A stretch of DNA of 64,000 bases from Laetmonice hystrix. Its lineage: Eukaryota. Every line of letters begins with the position of its first letter. The first letter of the stretch is position 1. The notes under the pieces are model-generated. The model did not search any database and had not been told where the DNA came from. It saw nothing but the letters and a program-made list of their open reading frames with translations. Below are positions 51,377 to 63,495 of this stretch, in pieces. The stretch lies in contig OZ249453.1 in assembly GCA_965235115.1 (NCBI GenBank), positions 17,050,001 to 17,114,000 on the forward strand, in the 5' to 3' direction. The translations under genes were made by a program, and so were the position numbers.

Positions 51377-52884
51377 ATTTGTTATCACTCATTTTCTGAT
51401 AGTGTTGTCATTATCACATTAATACGGGGTAGAGAGCAACGCCTCGGCGAAGCGTCTAGATGGCGGATTGAAAGGGGCAAATTCACAGCAATGGAATTGG
51501 CGGGTCACTGCTGGCATCAACGCCTGAAATGGAATTTCAATACGATATAGAGGGTCTATTCGCTAGCAGAGTTATGTAAGGAAGCCTAGTATGGCCACAT
51601 AGACCTATGCCCCTTCTGAAATCATTATTCTTTGATATGATTCTAATATTGCATGTTCAATGAACTTATTGGTCATCTCCGAAAATGTCGCCACCTCGGG
51701 GATATAATCCGTTACCTGTCGTTGGTGAACGACCCGAGTATTGTGAATGGAATGTTATCGACTGTGAGTGTCAAGTCAGGCGATAGCCCCTTAGGGTCCA
51801 GCCTCGATTTGAAAGCTAAATTACGCTAGAAACGGGAACTCCAGTTAAAACTGCTCAAATGGCAAGCTCGGTGCTGACAAACGAACTACAGTTTGCCAAA
51901 CACTCCGATTTTCTTTTTAATTATTATTAACACTTGAAAGGCTGGGGATGTCAAAGTGGCAGGTATAAGGACTATTACAGACATTATAACCCAATGCGAG
52001 ATCTGTTGTGACAACAACTGAAGTTGAATTAGTTTTCACAAGAGTTTTGTCTTGGCTCTCACAGATGGATTATAGGCATCGTAATGGATTCAAGCTAAGA
52101 TTTAGAGATAAAAATATACAAATTGTAGAATCATTAATTAAATAAAACGACCTCTGCAACAAAAGATTCTTTAAGGACCAGGAATGAGAGTAAGTAAAGA
52201 TGCGTTATTTAATTTAATAATCGGTTATCACCTCATGAAGAGAAGAGAATATATTTAGGGAGAGAGATTCCACGGATAATATCAAAACTCTATAACATTA
52301 TGTTGCTCACGTTTGAAGTACAGCTGCTGGTCTGACTACGGTATGTTGATACGTTTATGTGTCTAGTTGTCGCATTCCATTGGGTAGTGATAGTTTTGAC
52401 ATATTGGGTTCCTGCCATTTCCTCGCCCAATTCCACACAGAGCAGTGTAAAATTGGCTGTATCGCCCTCGCGTGGCTGTTTGGCTTGCAACCCTCCCTTG
52501 ACCGAACCCCACGCTCCTGGAATTAGCCTGTCAATTTTTACGAATGGATCTGCAATATTCGGATGTGTCGATATCCTCCCAGACCGAATCAAGGAATCTT
52601 GGGCGGGCTTTATAAGATTATTATTATAACGAGTGCCGCATGCACTGAGAGGGAGGAGTACTACGTTTAGATTTGTTCATTCCTATCCTCATGTTTGTTT
52701 GGCCAAGCTCCTATAACACCCTCTCATTCACGGTCGACTGCTAGGATGAAACTCTCTCGATATAATCCATGCCATGAGTAATAAATATCCTGGTGCACAT
52801 GTGTCATTTCTCAGTTCGCTTCCCGTATTGACCATTCCAAACTTGTTCACTAGCATGGGGCGGAATGGGTCGTCATGGTGTGTA

Positions 52885-53061
52885 TAGCATTCACACTTTT
52901 TCTCTTTAACATAACACTTACATGGCAGGGAGTAATTGCACCTCTAAATGTCTCGAAGGGAACAGTCTCTTGAACTATTTGTTACCTGGCAGGTAGACCT
53001 GGATAGTATTCACACCTTTTCGCTTTGACATGACACTTGGCAGGGAGCAATTACACCTGTA
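52885..53061. repeat. Diverged tandem duplication, period ~119 bp
   Basis: TAGCATTCACAC...GGCAGGGAGTAATTGCACCTCTA (52885) versus TAGTATTCACAC...GGCAGGGAGCAATTACACCTGTA (53004). Confidence 0.7.
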
Positions 53062-55343
53062 TCATGTCCCAACATGAATGTGATCATTGTCGGTAATGCT
53101 GGTATATCAAGGAGGACTAAGTGTCTCATAAACACTTGTGTGGAAAGCTAGGTATCAATCATACAGTTTGTATCTCTTGAAGGGAGTTAAAGTTAGGTTG
53201 ATTTACGGTTAAGAGAATTTTCTGTAAAAAAAAAAAAGAAAGAAAAAGAGATTACATTCATTTCCTGGCGGCCTAAAAGGCCTTATCGTCTGTGGCGCTG
53301 ACACGCTGCAAAACAACTCCGGCCTGTTACGCCGCTAAGATGCCCTCTGGCGGTATTCAAAGGAACCGCATGCTTCATTGATCGGTTTAAAGCTTGATAG
53401 GAATGTTCGTGGTCAATTCTGAATATCGCAACGTGGGTAAGAATAGAAAAATATCGGACTCAAGGATGTCAATATTCTTATGATATGAGGCACTTTGTTA
53501 TGGAGGCTTCCCGCGAACTATCAATATAAGACCTTTGTCTTTCCAAATTAAACTTAAAGAACAAGTCAATTTGACAATGACGTTTTTGTAAGCACGTTTA
53601 ATTTTGATCGAAGTACTTGGAGTTGCGCTTCGTTGTTTTTGCTCGACTGCGTTCTTTCTGTCAAGGGATGGAGGATAAAATGAATATATAATTTTTGGTA
53701 AAAAGTGGAAGGATGGGTCTTGACTCGGCGTGTACTTGTCTTGTGCAGAGTCGATCTACTGAGGACGCTTAAGCTGACACCTGGCGGCAAGTATCGAAAT
53801 CACCACGGCGAGCTCGAGGCGGCGGAAACACGATCGGCTTGAAACGGGGGGGGGGGTGAATTAGTTCTTAAGATTACCGACAGAGGGCGTGGTGACGTTT
53901 CGCCGCTGTTCTCGGCGCTGCTGTCTGCCCTTGGAAGCCCTTGGGAGAGAGATAATGAAGACAAGTACAAGATGTTGTCTACATGATTTTATCTTCGATC
54001 ATGTCAGACTGATTTGGCATCCCGGGCAGATTGTATGACGGTGACGTGAACAATAGTTGCCACCTAGCGTCTGCACTCTGATTGTCAGCACAGGACCAGT
54101 CTCAAACAAAGCATTTAGGCCTATTGATATTTACAAACCTAACTACAATCACCCTATTGTGTTAATTATTTTATTACAGAAATAAATAGAACACTTCAAA
54201 TATTCGTTTTTGCCCAAAGGTGACTGCAGGTCCTTCCATTATACATTATACCGGCTGTTTTTGCCCGCGCCATCTTGAAAAAGCTGCAGTGCTCAATGAA
54301 TAGATAAAACAAGAATAAAAATACAAATTTCTAATCTCCTGAGTTGGAGGCAGTTTGAGATCCTGGGATTTAAAATGATGGATTGTTTTGTAAGCCTCCA
54401 GTAATCCCGATTTATCTGCCAAAGGATCGGTGAAGGTAAAAGACGTAAATAGGCAGGGATCAAGGCAGGACATCAATAAATGTTCTGCTGACAGTTAGAG
54501 GTCAGTCGTTGAGAACATCGGAACCGTTAGCTGACTCTAACCCAGTTAGCTAACCCAGCCGGCTGTCATACCTGCATACCGTATGTCTGAATATATCTAC
54601 ATACATATTCTACGGAGTCGCAGAGGGAATATTAGTGGGAATATCAACAAACCAATGTTCCCTAAAAAGTCTCTGTCGTCGCTCTTATTATGATAACGTT
54701 GGTATATATTTTGGTCTGCAGTTCCCCAATAGATTAACAAAACGGACACAAAAATTCAGAATGTGCAAAAGGCCGCCCATAATCTAGAACCAGACATTAC
54801 CATGTTTTGGATATACCGAGTTGGTCGGAATAACATAAATGTCTTCCTTACTTTTCAGCTATAAGCCATACGTGGATTAATTTCAGTATACTACTACTAA
54901 TATACTTTATTCCGTTTCAGATAGGGATGAATAATCCAGATTTTATATTTGATCAGTATGGTTATGTTTAAATATTTAAGATCTGAAACAATAGTTTCCT
55001 GTCTGAATTAACATTGGTTATGTTGATCTGTTTTCATAACATTTCAATTTCATGCATTCGCAGTGAATCATTTCCCGTGTTTTGCCCACCAGCTTCCATT
55101 TTGTTTCAGATGGCAGGGAAATAAAAAGGTGTAGGTGTTTTTTTTTTACCAAGGTTACAAATTGCAGCAGTGTCAAACTATGGACTGTCGGTGCATGAAT
55201 TCATTCTGCATATCTCCACACCTGAATGCTATACGTCTGCAGTTTTAGAATATACATTTCATGGCTGAGCTGAGTAAAGCCTAATGGAGCATAGACGGTT
55301 GTTGTAGTGAAATGTTGTAATAAAACTTTTTGTTCAATTCCAG

Positions 55344-55490
55344 CATGGTCCAGCGGTCGTCACAAGACCGATACAATGGCGGTAAAAGTGAAAGCGCCCG
55401 AGAAAGGGCGGAACTGGAACGGCAAGACACGCTCAAAATGGAGGGAACGCGACAAGTTGGAACCGGGATCACCTACCCTAAGGCGTTCAG
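55344..55490 (+). CDS. Candidate 147-bp exon, unidentified product
   Basis: Acceptor ACTTTTTGTTCAATTCCAG and donor CAG/GTCAGT; purine/CpG-rich relative to flanks; two open frames (MVQRSSQDRYNGGKSESARERAELERQDTLKMEG... or ...MAVKVKAPEKGRNWNGK...). Confidence 0.4.
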
Positions 55491-55971
55491 GTCAGTGCCT
55501 CGAATGGTTTTTTTAAAATAAGAGGGTGTTCATCAGGGTTTACTGGTTGAGGTGAACGGGAGTATTACCGGATTACGGCAGGTGACCTATTTTACCGAGG
55601 ATATTCCTATAAGAAAAGTTTGAATTTGGGAAAGGAGCTTCACCATCTCTGATGAGGCCCCTCCCCCTACAAGTTCATGTGTACGAAAGATTGATGCATT
55701 TTCAAAGAAGAGAAAATTAGATACCTTGAAGGTACGACCTCAAGGTATGAGGAATATGCCTATGTTTATTTTCACGAACCCTCGGAGGGTGTATAATATA
55801 ATGTAAAGTACACCCTACATACGTGTACCGCCCCCGCTTTACTGTGTGACTGTAAGTAGTACTAGGTAAGTGGCCGTTGGGTCAGGCTGATGTTGATTCA
55901 CAGGGCTGTGGGGAGAGGAGGTCATTTCAACATTAAGCCCACCACCCACCGGGTGGTCGTCCTGACCGCCA

Positions 55972-55985
55972 GTTTCCATGGAAAC
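55972..55985. promoter_or_regulatory. Perfect palindromic RFX X-box GTTTCCATGGAAAC
   Basis: Full consensus match; function untested. Confidence 0.45.
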
Positions 55986-56603
55986 CCCCAGAAGAGGAGG
56001 GGTCAGACAAGCAGGTGACATGACTGCCGCCCATGTTGCACGACGTGAGGAGGTGAGGGGGGGGGGGTTCTCCCTTGATCCAGTAAATTCATGGTAAGGT
56101 GACCAACCAGACTGCTGCTTGACAAAACGGTCTCAAGGTGAACATCTGGGTATTTAAAGATAATAACCAGTTCGTACTGAGACAACTGCTGTCTCAGGTA
56201 ATCTGAGCAAGACAATGGGAAGAGCTCTCCGCTATACTTTAATCACATTACTGTGCATTAACTCAGACAGGTCGGAAGGCTGTGACCACGGTCGAGCGTC
56301 TAATCAAACTGACGCTTTTATTCGAAGCTCTCTTATAATTAGTACAGGGACGTAGGTTTCAAGGACTTTTCATATTGAACATTTCGTGAAAACTGTTTTT
56401 TGTTTAATTTAATTTAAGATACATTACAATATTGCTGCAGTGAATCCGATATCAAATATATCCTTGGGAGAACCTCATAGTAACCAATTTTCCTTTCAAG
56501 AATACTTCATTATGTCGTCTGTGAATCCAATATTAGAATTGTACGGTGCTCTTTGACTAATCAAGCGCCATCTTATTGAACCAGATTGTATAATGCCATG
56601 CCA

Positions 56604-56663
56604 GTTTGTATGCTCCCTGTTTGTACGCTCCCTGTTTGTACGCTCCCTGTTTGTACGCTCCCT
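56604..56663. repeat. Minisatellite, 15-bp unit GTTTGTACGCTCCCT, 4 copies
   Basis: Direct tandem periodicity. Confidence 0.93.
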
Positions 56664-59617
56664 CAGATCACTGATATCTTCATTAACTCCAACCTTTTCT
56701 ATGAGCCAAAGATATTTTTGATTAATTACAATCTGGTGGAATATATCCAGTATAAGTATTATTTTAGAGGAGGGGGATATCTTGATGATTATGGGACTCC
56801 GCAATGACAACGTCATTATGACGATACCAGATCGGGTCAGATGGCGCTGCTGTCTGGGATCAGGAATATATTGGTGGTTCGTTTACTTACTTATGTTGAC
56901 GGTCATAATGAGGGATCACGTCTGTCGATTACACACGTCTGACGTATTTCTCCCAGGGGAAATGGGAGAATGGGAAGTCGGCAGTTAGTTAGTGGTCCTT
57001 TAGCATAGTGCAGTGACGACTAAACCCCTTGGGGAGAGGCGAGGCCGTCTAAGGGCGGAATCTCAGACCCGATCTCCCCCCCCCCCCCCGACTGGAGTCA
57101 GCTAATGCAGCCGGTAGCACGGCAGTAGATGGTCATCTTGTGGGTCAGGTAGATAGTACAGGATGAGATGCGGTTGTTGTTTGTCGTCGCCTGGTATTTA
57201 TTCCAGGGAAGGCCTATATCAATCAATGCGCAGTCACAGTCGGAGCGCTGCGTGCCTTGTCGCCCCGTCTCTCTCCCTCTCTCTTTCTCTCTCTCTTGGC
57301 GCATGGTCTCGACAATTTGTCTGCCGCATTTATTGGGGGGACACCAGGTTGTCAGGGGGAGGAGTGGGGAATGCGGGTGGTGTAGGGAGAAGACGGGGGT
57401 AAATTGCTGCATTGACTGAAAGGGTATGTTAGGAGAATGCTAAATTCTACCGGCATTCTTACCGGCACCACCGATAGAAGGCTTTCAAGCCGGCTTTGGC
57501 GTAAACGTACCCCCAATCCGTCACTCACAAAATTGTGATAAAATTAATAATTACGGTGTTGTCATGGTAACAGGGTGCATGGGAATAGAATTGGGAGAGA
57601 GGCTACGTCGTGTTCGTTGTGTGGTGGTGAGGGCGTGTGTGTGATCTATATGTATGCGAGGTACTGCCCAATGTGGAAGACAACGGGATAACGTGTACTA
57701 CCACCTACTGCTGGCTACTACCATTCCGTACTACAACTCGCTATGTGCTGGCTATCGCAGACGATGTTTCCGGTGGGAAGTCATGCATATTGAGGCCGGG
57801 GTGTGTTCGTTGTGTGAGTGCGGCGAGAGGTCGGCGCTGCTCGCAGCCGTCAACGTGTCTTAGTGAGGGTTGACGGCCGCTAGGAGGCGCGCATGCATGC
57901 CGCAGCTCACCGGGCTGAACGTTGATGACGCCGTTTCCAACTCGTGGATGGCACCGTGTTGTCAACGTCAGTGAACGGATGGTATATTGATACGGATCAT
58001 CACCATGGCGACCAGGTGATGGGTTACATAGGTATATATCCACCCAGCCGTGCGTGGGGGTGGGTCTGTGTGCGGGTGGGTATATGTATATGCCTGGACT
58101 CACATCGTGTGGTGACACCAACGACCACCCAGATTGTGCATGGATCTACCTGGCGTGTCGACACGGGTTCCCGTTAGAAATTCAGTCCAGACACTCGGCT
58201 CACAACACGTCCTGCTCCGTGATATCCATCTAGAAACACGTTTCCTCTATCTCCTACCAGTCCGAGGCGTATATGTGTGGAACCCCTCCAGTCGACAACA
58301 TCGACAGATGCGCTCAGTATCAGGACGCTGAAGACGGACCGCCATCGAGAGTACTAGCTTAATCTGTTATCTCCACTCTGATCACTGACTGCCATTACAA
58401 CGAAATACCGCCTCAAACTGAACATCGTAAATTGGCGACATCAGCAGCCTTTCCCCCTGTGACCAGGCTATGAATGAGGAGAGAGAGAGAGAGACAGAGA
58501 GAGACAGAGAGCTTGCAACCATCAAGGACTGTTGACTCGGAGAACATAGAACGCAATGATTCAGTTGGGTTTCTTGTCCCGACCGTGTCCATTGACAGTG
58601 GAGTAAACGTGGTGCCTTATCAACAGAAAGATCACTTGAGACAAGAAATGTCACTGACGGAACTGGAGATACGTTAACAAGACACGCATTTGTCTGTGTA
58701 TCTGTACATTTGATGCCGGTGATGAAGTTTCGCAACGAAAAATATGTCTTTGGAATTTATAGTGATGGTTTTTGAGAATGGAAAGCATTTACTCTTTAGG
58801 AATCAGTGATGGTGTTTCATGAGAGAACACGTTTCCGTTAGAGACAGTGATTGCGTTTTAAAGTTTTTTAAAAAACGTCTTTTCGGAACATGGATTGTGT
58901 GTCAGAATGAGAAATACAGGTTATAGAAAGACTTATATTTAACCGGAGAAGTATACATTTATGTTTTGGAGTAAGTAATAGAGTTAGACAATAGAGGAAA
59001 ATGTTATCAAAATTTAAGAGCATTGTTTCATGCTTGTTGCTGACCTCTGCAGAGTTCGCTATCGTTGTTCTTTCCTTTCTTAGATTTTCTTCATTGAAAA
59101 ACTGACTGAAGGGAGCTGTAAATGTCAGGTGTGGTGTTCTGAAGACAACATGTGATCACTTTCAGTTGACACCTGATCTTCCCTGACACCCAGTATTAAG
59201 TGACCAATTAATGTGATAGCGCCAAACCACGTCACGCATGCGCATTCGTCCCGTGGTTGCTATAATCTTTTTTTAGAATCTCTTCTCATTTACCTGTCCG
59301 TGTTTAATTAGTAATTAGTAAGAGGTGTTAATTAGTGTCAGTGACGTTGATGTAGGAGACCTCATTGAGTTATGTTGATGGCTACACCTGTGTTTTACGT
59401 TTGCTTTGCTAGCTTGTTGTGATGCTGGACCGTGCAATGTAAAACCATTATCTCATTAACTTGAGACTTTTTAGAAAGCTGCTAACCCGTAAGAAAGTGT
59501 TTATCTGTGTATCCATGCGTCATTGGAAGAATCAGTGGCTTAGAAAATGAAAGTTCTGTTCTTAAAGGATAATCTGATTTGTCGAAGACGGACTTTAAAG
59601 GAACACCTGTGCGGAAG

Positions 59618-59947
59618 TGGTTATTCCGTCAGCAGTCTCAATTCAAAGATGTCTTGATTCGAACTGAAGGACAATTCCTACAAACTTTACAGTGGGCGAA
59701 AGTCCCGAAAAAGTACTTTTTTGTCCTCAAATGTATCGAAAGCCAACCAGGCTGGCGGACATTGTGGATCCAGCCGATTTCTTTGCGTCGGACATTGAGT
59801 TGCTGCGGTGTGGCCGCGAGGGGGCGCTGTGTATGTGCAGGCCTGTCGGGGGTCGGGAAGGTCACGACAGGGACTGTAACCAGAACCGCAGCGCCTGCAA
59901 CCCTAGAACAACGCCCCGACACTCCCCAAATATGATGCGAAGACATT
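59618..59947 (+). pseudogene. Possible degenerate BTB/POZ domain remnant
   Basis: WLFRQQSQFKDVLIRTEGQ...KKYF...IESQ...GKVT.GTV..TAAPATLEQRPDTPQI*CED loosely follows LR....FCDV.+.VEG...S.YF...ESQ...G.+....V..+L.AA..LQ+..+...C; the conserved AH(K/R) motif is missing. Confidence 0.3.
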
Positions 59948-62301
59948 ACCGGTAAGGTCCAAGTTTATTTAGCCAATGGGAGCTGTAGTGACTCTTCTAA
60001 TGGGACTTGAAGCTGTAAGTGTCGCTTCATCGTTCTGCTGAGAAATCATTGGGAATCTGATTCTATCGGGCTGAGTAAATACTCAACGCTTGGGTGAACA
60101 TAAGGGCTCTTGGCTACACCCTCCATCAACAGGATGGGCATGATTATATCCTAAAGAAAAAATTCAATTTTCAATTAACAGAATGTCTGATCATGATTGC
60201 AAGAATAATTTACATAATCATGGTCACAAGTGCATCTTCTGGTATTATAACGATCGTAGTATACAATATCTCCTCAGCAGAATGGCAAAACCGCCTCCTC
60301 AGTTGAAACTATGTACACAACTATTCCAAGTGTATACAGAAAGGCACAAGGGTTTTATATACCGGTATACATGTCGATACCAGATATATCCCCAAAGGAT
60401 CTGACGGGCATAGCTACAATGTCAGAAGTAGGGCGAGCACATGATGTATTTTCTCGAGTAAATACTTTATAAGAACACCAGGTGGCGCTACTTTACTAAA
60501 GGGGAAAGTAAAGTGGTTGGTAACATGAGCCACATATAGTCACGGCCACTAGTCAGTTGTTAGCCCTTTATTACTAGTATGATTGCCATTACCACCAGCC
60601 ATCCTGATGGCCCTTAATGACTACCTACTTGTTCGGCATTAGCTGTCGGCCCCTTTTTTATATACACTCGCCACGTGACCACTCGAAGGTCGTATAGGAA
60701 GTGAGGGTTATGTCAAGGTGCAAGTAAGAATTAACGGTGAAGGAAACGGTCCTGCTATAGGAGACAGTTCAAGGTGACCCGATTTATTTGTTTTACAAGG
60801 TTACTCTCCGGGTAGTTGGGGATTGTTCCATTTATAAAATAATATCAATTGACCAGAATGTGTCCAGCACCATCTAATACATTATACATGAAGGCCTATA
60901 TGATTACTTGGAGTTATGATACGATGCGTACCACGATACTGGGCCACGATAGAGAGAAGTATAATCATTGTGGTGCCAAACTATCGCACCAAGTTATAAT
61001 GTCGATATTATACATATATTTCATTATTTTCTCTGGGATGGATATGCGGATTTCGTCTTTCTGTGTGACTTGCCCTCCAGATTCTTCAGTATATATTTTT
61101 TTACTTTAAGCAGATATCCAAAAAGCCCGACTTTTGTTGTGAATTAGGAGAATTTCCTCACAAAATGCGGCTGACTTAGTGAGGATTTCTTTTCACGAGG
61201 TATGCGCAGTGTCTTTATGTATATAAAGAGATATAATTCATATCGTCGTTCTGGGAAGTCTTATTGGTAATGGACAGAGCTGGACAAGGCTAGATAAGGT
61301 AAGAACGTATATGGACGGTTTCCATGGTGACGGTCAGTTAGGCTAGCTAATACAGGTAAGAAGGGAATTCACAAGAGTCATCCATATTGAGCATCTCATG
61401 CCAAGGTCACTGATTTAGGTCGAGGTCGGGTCAAGCATGGTTGAAGCCGTCTTCAGCCAATAAAGGAACTCTTTTATGAGATCAAAGGAAACCAAACTAA
61501 AGCCGACGGATATCTACTTTCGCACCGTGGTATTTCCGGAGGCTTTGGACGCTGTTCGTGAACGCTGCATTGAGGCCACTTTGACCTCATCACAGACGCG
61601 TGTGGCTCAAGGTCAAACGCTTGCGGACAAAGATAAAGAAACGCGGCAACGTAAATTGCAGTAGGGGGAAGATCAAAACTATTTTGTCCATCTTCGGTCA
61701 TGTAATTTTTTTCTATCAAGAAACACAGTTATGCGCAAAGACAAATTAGAATGTGATGAAGTAGCAAAATTTTAAAACTAATCATTTAGCCTTGATTGGA
61801 ATGATGAAAAGGTCATAAAGGATAAAATGGACCTGAAGCTTGCAGCATGGTGCCTGGGATGGTGTGAGTGGGTCTCTGTCACCGACTGACGGTTTTATTT
61901 ACATGGGGTGATGTATAGACAGGCAATACCGTTATGTTATATGTGCCCCTCGCCGTTTTATATGTTCCTAGCGGAGCGTACCATAGTACTCGATTACCCT
62001 GACAAATGCCGCTTAACTGCAATTGCTGCTAGGCTCTGGCAGCGGTCTCCAGCGCGGTGGTCATCAAATAATGCCGCACCGAGAGGGTCTGCACCGTGGT
62101 GCTGGGGGCACGCTCCCGAGTGCAGGTCAACATGTTGCTGTATATCCTGACACCCATGGGAAGAACCTGGGACATAACAGTCCATTAACCTAATCTAATT
62201 GTTTGGGCGCATGGAAGCAATGGTACAACAGGATCAGCACTAAGTGCTAGTTGATATTTCTATCCATCATGGTGGAAAAGTAGTTAACTCCAGTGGACCT
62301 G

Positions 62302-62427
62302 GGCCCGGTTCACAAACAAAGCCAAGTCAATTTTAATTAACTTGAAATCCATTTTAACCAATCAGATTCAAGTAAAATTGACTTCAAGTCAATTAAAATT
62401 GACTTGACTTTGTTTGGGAACCGGGCC
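62302..62427. mobile_element. PIF/Harbinger-type MITE with CTG TSD
   Basis: TIR GGCCCGGTTCACAAACAAAG(C/T)CAAGTCAATTTTAATT and its reverse complement; CTG at 62299-62301 and 62428-62430. Confidence 0.85.
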
Positions 62428-63242
62428 CTGGCCAGACATAGAAAAACAATCATACCTCATGGTATGGGCAGTCGCTCCTGCATTATGTGGGTCAGGGCTT
62501 TTACATTTTAAGATTTTGCTTAAACTTAAGCTTACGTTTAAGACTGAATGTTAAGCTTAAGGTTTCTGACTGGTTCAGTTAGGTGTGATTGTCTAGTCGT
62601 AGTCTGCCCAGCGGTGGCGGAACTTTGTGGAAAAAAAACTCTACATTCTAGAGAACGCCTTATTGAAGGGCAATTTTCTGAGCTCGCCGACAGCCTTTAT
62701 GTCGTGATGAATATTGACGTTTTTCACGAGACATAGAAAAGAAAGAGGGAAAGGAAGAAAGAAGACAGAAACATGGTCCGACAGGGATGCCGGGAGCTAA
62801 GCCATGTCTAGTAAGAGCCTCTCTTTTGAAATTCACACATGATTTGAGATCGGCTCTGAGGTCCTGCCATCTGCCGTCATCGTCTTGCGTCACTACTAAT
62901 GCAAGTCGGCGGAACAGGAGATTATGAGCTGAATGAAGATGGGCTTTGTCGATCCGCAACGCTGCTACATCAATAAGATCTGTTCTTCCTCCAGCCATCA
63001 AAGGGCCTACCCCAGCGGCCAGAATAATATATTTCCGAAGGCGGCAAAAATTTAGAGAGACTTGGATCAGTGCTAAATAGTGTCTATTCCGACCTCCTTG
63101 TAGGTCTATAATTAGCACATGTTTCATATCCGGGTTGTATGCCATCGTAATGACCTCAGTGTCATCGAGATTAAAAGGACCTCCTCCCTGTAGTTATTTT
63201 TATCATTACTGGTAACCAAGGCAACCTTAACATGGATACCAG

Positions 63243-63336
63243 GGCCCGGTTCACAAACAAAGTCAAATCAATTTTAATTAACTTGAAATCCATCTTAACC
63301 AATCAAGTAAAATTTGACTTTGTTTGTGAACCGGCC
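63243..63336. mobile_element. Second, shorter copy of the same MITE with CAG TSD
   Basis: Same TIR and AACTTGAAATCCAT..TAACCAATCA core; CAG at 63240-63242 and 63337-63339. Confidence 0.85.
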
Positions 63337-63495
63337 CAGATGACGTATCTCAAACTACCTAGGTGGGTGTGGGTGTGGGGGTGGGTGTGGGGGAAGGAAA
63401 GAGAATTAAAATCAAAATTTAAATTGCGGTTCACTCGGATACGTCACCACCTGACTTCACTTCCTCTGCTCGGAGAGTGACCGCTCTCACCGGAA

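Noticed and set aside
51158-53000. U1 snRNA-like 5' strings (ACCTGGCAGGGG at ~51160, ACTTACATGGCAGGGAG at ~52917, TTACCTGGCAGG at ~52982)
   Set aside because: Matches stop after 12-17 nt; no stem-loops II-IV or Sm site follow.
62660-63145. 161-aa minus-strand ORF containing IILAAG
   Set aside because: Lacks the G.GTR continuation of nucleotidyltransferases; no other recognisable motif or splice support.
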